DNA from: an uncultured Ignavibacteriales bacterium
Lineage (GTDB): Bacteria > Zixibacteria > MSB-5A5 > GN15 > FEB-12
NCBI GenBank assembly: GCA_964531495.1
Contig: CAZHDS010000001.1
Span: forward strand, 24,823-65,013
DNA length: 40,191 bases
Reading direction: 5' to 3'
This document shows positions 8,274-17,093 of the stretch, piece by piece (position 1 is the stretch's first letter; the number at the start of each line of letters is the position of its first letter). The notes below the pieces were generated by a model. The model was not told the DNA's origin. It did not search any database and worked only from the letters and a program-made list of their open reading frames with translations. Made by a program: the position numbers and the translations under genes.

Positions 8274-9323
8274 ATGGTGCCTGAACTTCGAAAAGACCCT
8301 ATAACGGGACGTTGGGTGATTATTTCAACTGAGCGGGGGAAACGCCCCACGTCGTTTGGCCCGGTGGCGCGGCTTGAGGATGCCAGTTTGTGCCCCTTCT
8401 GTCCTGGCCATGAGGAAGCGACGCCGCCTGAGATCCTGGCCTATCGCGACCCAGGCACAGAGCCGAACCAACCTGGCTGGCGGCTGCGAGTCATGCCCAA
8501 CAAGTATCCGGCGCTGATCGTGGAAGGGACCATGAACCGCGAACCACACGGAATCTACGATAAGATGGCTGGCATTGGCGCTCACGAGGTAATCATCGAA
8601 ACGCCTGAGCACGGCCTGGACCTGATGGACATGTCGGATGAAGCTGTGCGAGACGTGTTCTGGGCCTATCGGGAACGTATGTTGGATCTCGAAAGAGACC
8701 GCCGTTTTCAGTATATTCTGGTATTCAAGAATCATGGCCAGTCGGCGGGAGCCTCCCTCGAGCACGCCCACAGCCAGCTCATAGCCACACCAATCGTGCC
8801 GATGCAAGTAGCCGAAGAGATCGCCGGTGCGAAGCGCTACTTCGATTTCAAGGAGCGCTGCATCTTCTGTGACATCGTTCGACAGGAGCTGAGTGATCAA
8901 GAGCGTATCGCAGCCGACTACGATGCCTTTCTGGCTCTCCAGCCTTTTGCGCCGCGGTTTCCGTTCGAGACCTGGATCATCCCCAAAACGCATCAGTCGA
9001 GCTATCTGGAACTCAGCGATGCCGAGGTCATGGTTCTGGCGCGATCAGTCAAGGATACCTTACGGCGGCTCAAGATGGCCCTGCACAATCCGGCGTTCAA
9101 TTTCATGCTGCATACGCGGCCGGTGTCGGGGGAGTACCATGAGTACTATCATTGGCATATCGAGATCATACCCAAGTTAACGCAAGTCGCCGGATTCGAG
9201 TGGGGGTCCGGTTTCTACATCAATCCCACGCCCCCTGAAGAGTCGGCTCAATACCTTCGAGAGCTCGATCTCACCCGGGCGGTAGGTGACAATGGAAATG
9301 TCAGTCGCAAGGAGAACGCCTAA
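8274..9323 (+). CDS. galT: GalT-family HIT enzyme (galactose-1-phosphate uridylyltransferase / NDP-hexose phosphorylase type)
   Basis: The sequence has the zinc knuckle CPFCPGHE and the His-x-His-x-Gln active site in ...SLEHAHSQLIATP... I moved the start to ATG 8274 (MVPELRKDPITGRWVII, a typical family N-terminus). The track uses an upstream TTG at 8241. Confidence 0.85.
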   Translation: MVPELRKDPITGRWVIISTERGKRPTSFGPVARLEDASLCPFCPGHEEATPPEILAYRDPGTEPNQPGWRLRVMPNKYPALIVEGTMNREPHGIYDKMAGIGAHEVIIETPEHGLDLMDMSDEAVRDVFWAYRERMLDLERDRRFQYILVFKNHGQSAGASLEHAHSQLIATPIVPMQVAEEIAGAKRYFDFKERCIFCDIVRQELSDQERIAADYDAFLALQPFAPRFPFETWIIPKTHQSSYLELSDAEVMVLARSVKDTLRRLKMALHNPAFNFMLHTRPVSGEYHEYYHWHIEIIPKLTQVAGFEWGSGFYINPTPPEESAQYLRELDLTRAVGDNGNVSRKENA

Positions 9324-9324
9324 C

Positions 9325-10791
9325 ATGAGAATTCTGATGGCCGCCTCGGAAATGGCGCCTTTCGCCAAAACGGGCGGGTTGGGCGATGTTCTTGGAGCTC
9401 TGCCGGAGGCCCTGGCTGCCGCCGGCCACGAAGTTCTGGTCATCATTCCGCGCTATCAGTCGATCAAACTTGATGGCCTGCGCACCAGTCATCCCGAGTG
9501 GACGCTCAGTGTGTCAGCCGGGGGCAGTTCCCAGCCCCTTCGCCTCGCCCTGGTGAGTCACCGCAAGCACAAACTCAGCTATGGTTTTGTTGTGCACTCG
9601 CGTTACTTCGAGCGCGCCGGTCTCTATGTGGACCCGGCTACGGGGAAGGATTACCCTGACAATGACGACCGCTTTGCGTTCTTCGCGCGAAGCGTTTTGG
9701 CGGCGTCGCGCGAGATAGGATTCCAACCGGATATCATCCATTGCCATGACTGGCAAGCGGCCCTGATCCCGGTCTTCCTGCGAGAAGACAAAGATCCCGA
9801 TGATTTCTTCCGGTTCTCGCGAACGGTTCTGACGATCCACAATCTCGCCCATCAAGGGACCTTCGAAGCCGACCGTTTCGACAATTTGGGGCTTGATGCG
9901 AAGCTCTTTGCGCCGGGGGCGGCATTGGAGTTCTATAAGCAGGTCAACTTCCTGAAGGCGGGGATTTGCTACGCAGACAAGATCAATACGGTTTCGCCTC
10001 GTTACGCGGAGGAGATTCAGACCAGAAAGTTTGGCTGCGGACTTGAGGGAGTTCTGAAAGAAAGGTCGAAGGACCTAACAGGGATTTTGAATGGCGTGGA
10101 CTACACGGTGTGGTCGCCCTCGCGCGACAGGTTGATACCGTATCGCTACCACCAGGCCAACCTCGGTGGCAAGAAGAAGACTAGAGTCGAGTTGATGATT
10201 CGAGCCGGATTGCCCATCCGCGAAAAGACCCCATTGATTGGCATGGTCACGCGACTGGCTCAGCAAAAAGGGCTGGACTTGATTGAGGAGGCCGCTGATC
10301 GCCTCATGGCTCGCGATCTGCAGATGGTCGTCCTGGGCACGGGCGAGGAGCGCTACCACAAGTTGTTCGCCATGCTGCAGGAGAAGTATCCGGACCGGAT
10401 GCGGTTCTTCCAGCGTCTCGACGAAACCCTGGCTCATCTCATTGAGGCGGGCTCGGACATGTTCCTGATGCCATCCCTGTTCGAGCCGTGCGGCCTAAAC
10501 CAAATCTACTCCCTCAAATATGGCACCATTCCGATCGTTCATAAGGTGGGCGGTCTTGCTGATACGATCATCGACTATGATCCGGACACTGGCGAGGGCA
10601 CCGGTTTCGTGTTTGACGAAGAATCTCCGGAGGCTTTGTTGGATGCTGTCGACCGAGCCCAGGCGCTCTTTGTCAAGAAGCGTCCCTGGGGCAAGTTAGT
10701 GAAGAATGGCATGCGTCAGAACTTTTCATGGGATGACGCCGTGCAAGAATATTCGGCCTTGTACCTGGCCCTGATTGGGTCGGACTCGTAG
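9325..10791 (+). CDS. glgA: Glycogen synthase (ADP-glucose type, GT5)
   Basis: The protein begins MRILMAASEMAPFAKTGGLGDV, which includes the KTGGL motif. The C-terminal half has ...PSLFEPCGLNQIYSLKYGT.P... An AAGGAGAA Shine-Dalgarno site sits at 9309-9316, and ATG 9325 follows the galT stop by 1 nt. The start at 9286 used by the track lies inside galT. Confidence 0.93.
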   Translation: MRILMAASEMAPFAKTGGLGDVLGALPEALAAAGHEVLVIIPRYQSIKLDGLRTSHPEWTLSVSAGGSSQPLRLALVSHRKHKLSYGFVVHSRYFERAGLYVDPATGKDYPDNDDRFAFFARSVLAASREIGFQPDIIHCHDWQAALIPVFLREDKDPDDFFRFSRTVLTIHNLAHQGTFEADRFDNLGLDAKLFAPGAALEFYKQVNFLKAGICYADKINTVSPRYAEEIQTRKFGCGLEGVLKERSKDLTGILNGVDYTVWSPSRDRLIPYRYHQANLGGKKKTRVELMIRAGLPIREKTPLIGMVTRLAQQKGLDLIEEAADRLMARDLQMVVLGTGEERYHKLFAMLQEKYPDRMRFFQRLDETLAHLIEAGSDMFLMPSLFEPCGLNQIYSLKYGTIPIVHKVGGLADTIIDYDPDTGEGTGFVFDEESPEALLDAVDRAQALFVKKRPWGKLVKNGMRQNFSWDDAVQEYSALYLALIGSDS

Positions 10792-12706
10792 GTCCATCGT
10801 GACGCTCAACCGGTTTAAGGAATACCTCCCGCTGGTCCCGGCCCTGGTCATCTATGGCTGGCTGGCGGCCCGCCTGGACTTCATTCAGGACGATGCTTAC
10901 ATATCATATCGCTTTGTAGCCAACTTCCTCAATGGCCACGGACTGGTTTACAATATCGGCGAGCGGGTCGAGGGATTCACAAATTTCGGGTGGGTCATTT
11001 TCATGGCCTTGTGGGGCAGTCTCGGTGATCTGTTCATAATCGCCTCACGAATCACCGGATTGCTGTGCGGAGCCGGGGTGATAGTCGTCACCTATCTGAT
11101 CGCCCGCCTCCTGCTCGACAGATCTTCGCGCTGGATGGCCTGGTTGCCGGTCTATCTGGTGGCGGTCAACCAGTCATTGGCGTATTGGTCACCCGCCGGG
11201 TTGGAGACGGCGGCCTTCGCTTTTATGGCGAGCTGGTCGCTCTATCTGTCTCTGAAGCGCAGCCCCTGGTTGATCTGGAGCATCACTCTGGCAGTCTGGT
11301 TGCGACCCGAAGGAGCTTTCGTCGCGGGACTGTTGATCTTTCTTGAAGCAATCATACATCGGCGACTTCCGCGGCATGCGCTGCGATGTGTCGGCGTCGC
11401 CCTGGTGCTGTCCCTGCCTTATGTGGCTTTCAAACTCGCCTATTTTGGATCGGTGCTGCCCAATCCATTTTATGCCAAGACCGGTTTCGGGCCGGAGCAA
11501 TTGGCGAGTGGACTGGAGTATGCCGGTCGCTTCTGGTCGCACTACGGCTTCTACGGACTCGGGATGATCCTGGCAGCAGTCTTCTGGAAACGATTATCTC
11601 CGGACGCCCGGACCGTTTGGCTATTTGTCGCCATCTATTCTGCATACATCGTGCTCGTGGGGGGAGACGTGCTCAAGGTCCATCGTTTCTTCCTGCCAGT
11701 TATCGGATGCGTAGCTATTGTCAACGGATTGGCGGTTCATTCTCTCGCCCTCCGTTTGCAGAAGAAAACGCAATACTTGGTCGTTGGGATGGCGGCAGTA
11801 TTGTTGCTGGGGCTCACCTACCAGCTGCCGAGCGCGTTTGTGGATCGTTATAACTACTATGAACGGGCCTTCCTTCGCAAAATGTCCTTTCTGGCTGATC
11901 GTTTGTTAGAGAGCGATGATTCTGACTTTGCGGTGGCCTTGCCCACTATCGGCATCTTTGGATACAGGCTACTCGGCCATGATATCATCGACATGGTGGG
12001 CCTGACCGATTCAACCATCGCCCGTCATCCGGAAGCGCCTATCGAGGGAATGGAGACAACCTGGAAGGAGCGACGGCACAACTCAAGCTATCTTCTGACC
12101 CGCGCCCCAGAGTACATAGTCTTCTCGACCGGCATCAAACCCTCCGCTCCAGCGGAACGAGCCTTGTGTCTGTTTCCGGCCTTTCTGAAGTCGTACCGTC
12201 AGACCGGTTGGTTTTATCGAGCCCGCGAAAATGTCGTTGATGGAACACTGGTGACAGCCTTCAAGAAAGTGCGTCCGTTGGAAGGTGATTTCATCCCTAC
12301 TTTGCCGGTAAGCTATGTGCAGCACTATCAACAGGGGATTGACCTGTCACTGAAGGGCGACTACCCTGGGGCCATCAGGCATTTCGAGCAGGCGCTGCAG
12401 TCGCAGCCTCGTCCAGAGAATCCGGACCTGCTGTATCAGATGGCGTTCACCTATCTTCAGATGAATCGTCATGAGGAGGCCTTCCGGTGGTACAAGGCCT
12501 GTCTGGCCATGGACTCGATGGTGTTTCAGGCCCAGAAAGATCTGTACATGTACACCGAGTTGATGGGGGACACGGCCACCTCGGCTATCCATCGCGCTTG
12601 GGTCAAGAAGCTGACGCCATGGTACTGGCCCAAGGTTAAGGCCGATGTCGAGGGTTGGAAAGAGGAAGCCCGTCGGCGCGGGGTAAGTCTTGATGGTGGC
12701 ACATAG
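10775..12706 (+). CDS. Polytopic membrane protein with a GT-C-like glycosyltransferase N-terminal region and a C-terminal TPR domain
   Basis: The ORF has about 10 hydrophobic helices. It carries the motif DDAYISYRFVANFLNGHGLVYNIGERVEGFTNFGW, which recurs in GT-C-type arabinosyl/mannosyl-transferase-like membrane proteins. The tail is TPR-like (AIRHFEQALQSQP...YQMAFTYLQMNRHEEAFRWYKACLAM). The start is uncertain: TTG 10775 overlaps glgA, and GTG 10799 is the alternative. Confidence 0.7.
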   Translation: MGRTRRSIVTLNRFKEYLPLVPALVIYGWLAARLDFIQDDAYISYRFVANFLNGHGLVYNIGERVEGFTNFGWVIFMALWGSLGDLFIIASRITGLLCGAGVIVVTYLIARLLLDRSSRWMAWLPVYLVAVNQSLAYWSPAGLETAAFAFMASWSLYLSLKRSPWLIWSITLAVWLRPEGAFVAGLLIFLEAIIHRRLPRHALRCVGVALVLSLPYVAFKLAYFGSVLPNPFYAKTGFGPEQLASGLEYAGRFWSHYGFYGLGMILAAVFWKRLSPDARTVWLFVAIYSAYIVLVGGDVLKVHRFFLPVIGCVAIVNGLAVHSLALRLQKKTQYLVVGMAAVLLLGLTYQLPSAFVDRYNYYERAFLRKMSFLADRLLESDDSDFAVALPTIGIFGYRLLGHDIIDMVGLTDSTIARHPEAPIEGMETTWKERRHNSSYLLTRAPEYIVFSTGIKPSAPAERALCLFPAFLKSYRQTGWFYRARENVVDGTLVTAFKKVRPLEGDFIPTLPVSYVQHYQQGIDLSLKGDYPGAIRHFEQALQSQPRPENPDLLYQMAFTYLQMNRHEEAFRWYKACLAMDSMVFQAQKDLYMYTELMGDTATSAIHRAWVKKLTPWYWPKVKADVEGWKEEARRRGVSLDGGT

Positions 12707-12841
12707 GATGAGATCGCATCCCCGGGGCGATCGTGAGGCCCTGTTTGCCCCAGTAACTCCTTGACATTGTTCAGAATTGGGACACGAACTGGCCTAACCT
12801 GGCGGGTGATGCGTCCGACAGAATAATTGGGTAAAAGGATG

Positions 12842-12870
12842 TTGACAGAGTGTAAGAGACAACCTATATT
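12842..12870 (+). promoter_or_regulatory. Consensus sigma70 promoter of the tRNA-Gly/tRNA-Cys pair
   Basis: TTGACA (12842-12847), a 17-nt spacer, then TATATT (12865-12870). This places the transcription start about 15 nt before tRNA-Gly. Confidence 0.6.
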
Positions 12871-12892
12871 CTGATCCGCAAAGATACTTAAT

Positions 12893-12970
<78 letters not shown>

Positions 12971-12972
12971 TT

Positions 12973-13044
<72 letters not shown>

Positions 13045-13136
13045 TTTTTTTATGCCTGAAAACGAGCGAAATTGCGCACACCCTACCACGCCTGAATGAG
13101 AGTGGATTCCGGAGAACATGATGGGGGGGAAGCGCA

Positions 13137-15122
13137 CTACTTGGTCAAGGCCGTAGCTGCCGCGGCGCATTGGTCGGTCTTGCCTGCGATGTACAGCACG
13201 TCGTCAGCTTCCAGACGCATGTCGCCGTCCGGATTTGCCAGCAGTTTGCCACCGCGCCAAACGGCCAATACTGTGACTCCAAACTGCCGACGGATATCGG
13301 TTTCGGCAAGGGATCGACCGGCAAGGTTGCACTCTGGTCCAACCCGCACGGAGCTTATCTCAATGCTGGAGAGCGGCATGTCTGAGAGCCGGTAGTCGAC
13401 TTCGCCCAATGAGCGGAACATCTCGTAACTGCCCGAACGGACATCGGTCACAAGTCGCTGGATTTCATCCTGGGGAACCAGGTACTTGCGCAGAACGCGT
13501 ACGAAGATTTCAACCGACGTCTCGAACTCTTCCGGGATGACCTCCTGGGCTCCCAGATCGCGCAGGTCTCTGATTTCCGAGACGAAGCGGGTCCGTACAA
13601 TGATGTGAGCATTCGGAGACTCCTGGCTGATCACATGCACGATACTTCGGGTGGCAACCGGATCGGAAATGGCGATCACAACCACCCGCGCCCGAGCGAC
13701 CGATACTTCGTGTAGCATTTCCGTGCTCGTGGCATCACCGTAGAGCACCGGGGAGCCCTTGGCCCGAGATTCTTTCGCCGTCGCCGGATTCATCTCAATG
13801 GCCACAAACGGAATGCCTGCGGCTATAGCTGCACGGGCGACGTTCTGCCCATTGAGTCCGTATCCTATGATTACCAGATGGTCTTTAAGACCACTCCCGG
13901 GTCTGACTGACTTCTGCGTCCATCGATAGGAGCCGTTCTTGAAGGCGCGCAATCCGGGCAGGGTCGCCAGACGATCAGCGATACTTGGTGCGTGGTTTAT
14001 CAGGGACGGCGTAACCGCCATCGTGATCACAGAACAGGCCAGAAAGATCTGGTATGTTTCCTGCGTTAGCAGATCGTACGTCAGGCCCACTTTGGAGAGG
14101 ATGAAGGAAAACTCACCGACCTGACACAACGCGATTCCGGCAATGATAGCAGTACGCGACGACAGACCCAGCAGGAGCGCAACGCCGACAACCACGACGG
14201 CCTTCACGAGCATGACGCCGGCGCCGAGTCCGAAGACTATCAACGGTTCTTGGATCACGACAGCAGTGTCCAGCAACATCCCGATGGAGACAAAGAAGAA
14301 GCCTGTAAAGACGGTCTTGAACGGCAATACGCCGTCCAGGGCGCTCAGGGAATATTCCGACTCGGAGATGATCAGACCGGCCAGGAACGCCCCTAATCCG
14401 AGCGATAGCCCCAACTCCTTGGTAACAAGGGCCACCACAATACAGATCAGTGCGACGCTGAACAAAAACAGCTCACGGCTGCGAGTTCTTACAACGCTAT
14501 TCAATATCATTGGTACTAGCCAGCGGGTTAGGACTATCACCAGGACGACAACCACCACCGCCCGAGCTATGAGCGCGATGATTGACCCGGGCAAAAGGCC
14601 CGAACCGTCGGCGAGTAGCGGTGTAAGGATAACCATGGGAGCGATGGCAATGTCCTGGAAGATCAGAACTGAGAGCGAGAATCGCCCGTGAACGCTGTCG
14701 AGGTCCGCTCGATCCTGCAGGGCTCTCAGAACGATGGCTGTGCTGGACAGGGACACCAAGAAGCCGGCGAACAGGGCGCGGTTGGGCGCTACACCGAATC
14801 CGCTGGCAAGCAGAATCGTGACGCCGATAGTGAGAACAACCTGAAGACTACCACCAAGCAGTACTGCCCGCCTGGAACGGAGGAGATCTTTGACGGAAAA
14901 TTCTATCCCGATAGTGAACAGCAGCAGCACAATGCCGATCTCGGCCAGAATCTCGACTTCATGCGTCGAACTGACCAGTCCCAGTCCGTGGGGGCCGATG
15001 GCGAAGCCTGCCAGGAGGAATCCGACAATTGGTGGCATCTTGAGTTTGATGCACACATACAGGCCAAGTGCCGAGCCGGCAAAAATCAGTGCCAGATCCT
15101 GTAGAATCGCCATTTCAGGCAT
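13137..15122 (-). CDS. CPA2 monovalent cation:proton antiporter (Kef type) with TrkA-N and TrkA-C domains
   Basis: A 661-aa ORF with about 12 TM helices. A Rossmann-type TrkA-N domain follows (LVIIGYGLNGQNVARAAIAAGIPFVAIEMN). The C-terminus is a TrkA-C domain (...LAGRSLAETDIRRQFGVTVLAVWRGGKLLANPDGDMRLEADDVLYIAGK). Confidence 0.9.
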   Translation of the reverse strand: MPEMAILQDLALIFAGSALGLYVCIKLKMPPIVGFLLAGFAIGPHGLGLVSSTHEVEILAEIGIVLLLFTIGIEFSVKDLLRSRRAVLLGGSLQVVLTIGVTILLASGFGVAPNRALFAGFLVSLSSTAIVLRALQDRADLDSVHGRFSLSVLIFQDIAIAPMVILTPLLADGSGLLPGSIIALIARAVVVVVLVIVLTRWLVPMILNSVVRTRSRELFLFSVALICIVVALVTKELGLSLGLGAFLAGLIISESEYSLSALDGVLPFKTVFTGFFFVSIGMLLDTAVVIQEPLIVFGLGAGVMLVKAVVVVGVALLLGLSSRTAIIAGIALCQVGEFSFILSKVGLTYDLLTQETYQIFLACSVITMAVTPSLINHAPSIADRLATLPGLRAFKNGSYRWTQKSVRPGSGLKDHLVIIGYGLNGQNVARAAIAAGIPFVAIEMNPATAKESRAKGSPVLYGDATSTEMLHEVSVARARVVVIAISDPVATRSIVHVISQESPNAHIIVRTRFVSEIRDLRDLGAQEVIPEEFETSVEIFVRVLRKYLVPQDEIQRLVTDVRSGSYEMFRSLGEVDYRLSDMPLSSIEISSVRVGPECNLAGRSLAETDIRRQFGVTVLAVWRGGKLLANPDGDMRLEADDVLYIAGKTDQCAAAATALTK

Positions 15123-15242
15123 TAGGAAGCGCCCCGGAATCTGACGGACGCACCAGAATGTCGACTTGATATGTAGTGGTTGGCCGCATACAAGATGTAA
15201 CTCGCTCCAAATCCAAGGGTCCAGGCTTCCAGGCTCTCACTA

Positions 15243-16556
15243 CTACTCCCAGACGGGTTCGGCGATCTTGCCTATGAACAGGATCGCTCCGGAAACATCC
15301 TCGTGGATCACGATCAAAAATGGTCGGTCGCAGTAGAGGTTCTGTGGCATCGAGTCGACGAAGACCATCTGCGTGACGGCAGCGGCCTCGGTTCCCTTTT
15401 CATCAACCTGGATAAACGCCTTCTGCTTGGCCTTGTCGAGCCAGCCAATGCCGTCGGAGAACAAGTTACTGAAATCAGCCCGGTTGGGATCAAAAGCGAT
15501 TTCCATCCCGAGCGCCATTAGCACTTCTTTCAGGTTGGTCTCGCACTCGAACTTGAACTTGGGCAGGCCGATTTCAAACCCGGTCGGTCGCAAACCGCTC
15601 AGCCATTGGTTCCAGTTCTCGTAGGTGAATCGCGAAACAACACTATCAATAGTGTACTCTGGGTGACTCCAGGCATTTGCCCCGATGATCGTCATGCGGA
15701 AATCCCCGCGACCGTACGGAAGGCTGACCGCAAGTACGTGGTCGTCAGTATAGGCGGTGGCGTTGGAGTCGGGTGCGATACGTTGCGGGTCAACCTGATA
15801 GGAATGATCTTCCTCCGTAAGATACATCATATCACACCGTGTTTCGCTGCCGTCAGCGAGATAGAACGGCACTGCGCGCGTATCGGCCGTGTCAAAGGGA
15901 AACATCCAGTTGCCCTTGAAGTAAATCGCATTCATCAGAATGGCCGCCGGGCTGCCAATCGGATGCTTAACCATCTCGGTGATTTTGCCTTTGGTGGCAT
16001 TTGAGACCCAGGCGTTGATCGTGTCGGCCGCCCATGGTGCCATGAAATCGATCTCCTCCGCCCGGGCGTCAAAATAAGTTTGGGCCAAATCGATGAATTC
16101 CGGTTGGATAGCCTTGCCCTCGCGTGACCAGAACGAATTGGCCGTTTGGAAGTCGACCAACGGGTCGGTGCGGGTGAGAACCTGCGTGACATCGCGGTAA
16201 GCCTCGTTCATTTCCTGTAACGACAGTCCTGACATCTCAAGAGTGGCCCCGATCGCATCGCGCGTCTCACCATTGGCTCCATCATAACACAATCCCAGAG
16301 CATAGGATACGGATAGAGGGGAGATGAAGACGTTTTCGGTGTTGCCGGAGTTCTGAGCGATCTCGCGGAAGAGATTGAGACCAAACTTGTTGGCTGATTC
16401 CAGCAGATTTGTCTCGGTGGCCGTGAACTCGGCCGGCATGCGGCCCGGTGGGGGAGTAGGATTTGGTCCCGGTTGGCTGGGCATCGGCGACGACGAGCAT
16501 TGCACTATCATGGCCCCGGCAAGGGCTACAAACAAAAACAAGAAGGACTTTTTCAT
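15243..16556 (-). CDS. Serpin-family protease inhibitor, predicted lipoprotein
   Basis: I place the start at ATG 16556, which has a GAGGAAAG Shine-Dalgarno site upstream. The track adds 11 aa. The signal is MKKSFLFLFVALAGAMIVQC, with a lipobox Cys. The serpin core reads (SPLSVSYALGLCYDGANGETRDAI). The hinge and reactive-centre loop read EKGTEAAAVTQMVFVDSMPQ. The C-terminus reads PFLIVIHEDVSGAILFIGKIAEP. Confidence 0.85.
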   Translation of the reverse strand: MKKSFLFLFVALAGAMIVQCSSSPMPSQPGPNPTPPPGRMPAEFTATETNLLESANKFGLNLFREIAQNSGNTENVFISPLSVSYALGLCYDGANGETRDAIGATLEMSGLSLQEMNEAYRDVTQVLTRTDPLVDFQTANSFWSREGKAIQPEFIDLAQTYFDARAEEIDFMAPWAADTINAWVSNATKGKITEMVKHPIGSPAAILMNAIYFKGNWMFPFDTADTRAVPFYLADGSETRCDMMYLTEEDHSYQVDPQRIAPDSNATAYTDDHVLAVSLPYGRGDFRMTIIGANAWSHPEYTIDSVVSRFTYENWNQWLSGLRPTGFEIGLPKFKFECETNLKEVLMALGMEIAFDPNRADFSNLFSDGIGWLDKAKQKAFIQVDEKGTEAAAVTQMVFVDSMPQNLYCDRPFLIVIHEDVSGAILFIGKIAEPVWE

Positions 16557-16787
16557 GATCACTTTCCTCTTCATTGACCTGCTAAGCAAATATCGCTCAC
16601 GAGAGCGGCGCGGTCAACCAGTTTGTCCTGCGCTTCGGAATTTCCCTGACCGGCCGATGAATGGACCACGTGCAGCACGATTCTCGCGGCTTAGTTTCGG
16701 TGTAAGTTAATTCCTATCACTCTCTTGCAAAATGTCTGAACCAGGTCGCTTCAAGCGCGACTAAGGGACTGAATGTGGGCAATCCGC

Positions 16788-16815
16788 TTGACATTGCTTG
16801 GCGCAAGTGTATATT
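16788..16815 (+). promoter_or_regulatory. sigma70-type promoter upstream of the 1335-aa gene
   Basis: TTGACA (16788-16793), a 16-nt spacer, then TATATT (16810-16815). This implies a leader of about 270 nt before ATG 17094. Confidence 0.45.
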
Positions 16816-17093
16816 TAACATAGGAGTAGGTTTGCCATCGGTAGGCCGATTCGCCCTCGTTCCTGTCCTTGGTTGGCTTGTACGAGTACCGTGTAGAGAG
16901 GTTTTTGGATCCTGTGGCGGGGAGGCCACTGTCGTGTTCCGGCATCCCGAGTCCGTGAGCGGACATCCGAAGGGACAGCATCTTGACGTGCTTCAATTGG
17001 ACGCACCCGTCGCACTGGCGAGCGGGATGGTCGTCACACCGAATCATATAATATCGTTGTTCCAGGCGCTGTTGCCTGGGAGGAGACACAAGC

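Noticed and set aside
7419-8993. Two 222-aa antisense ORFs (7419..8087 and 8325..8993) opposite the LbH and GalT genes.
   Set aside because: The plus-strand genes carry clear family motifs (hexapeptide repeats; CxxC and HxHxQ). The antisense products have no motifs and a biased composition.
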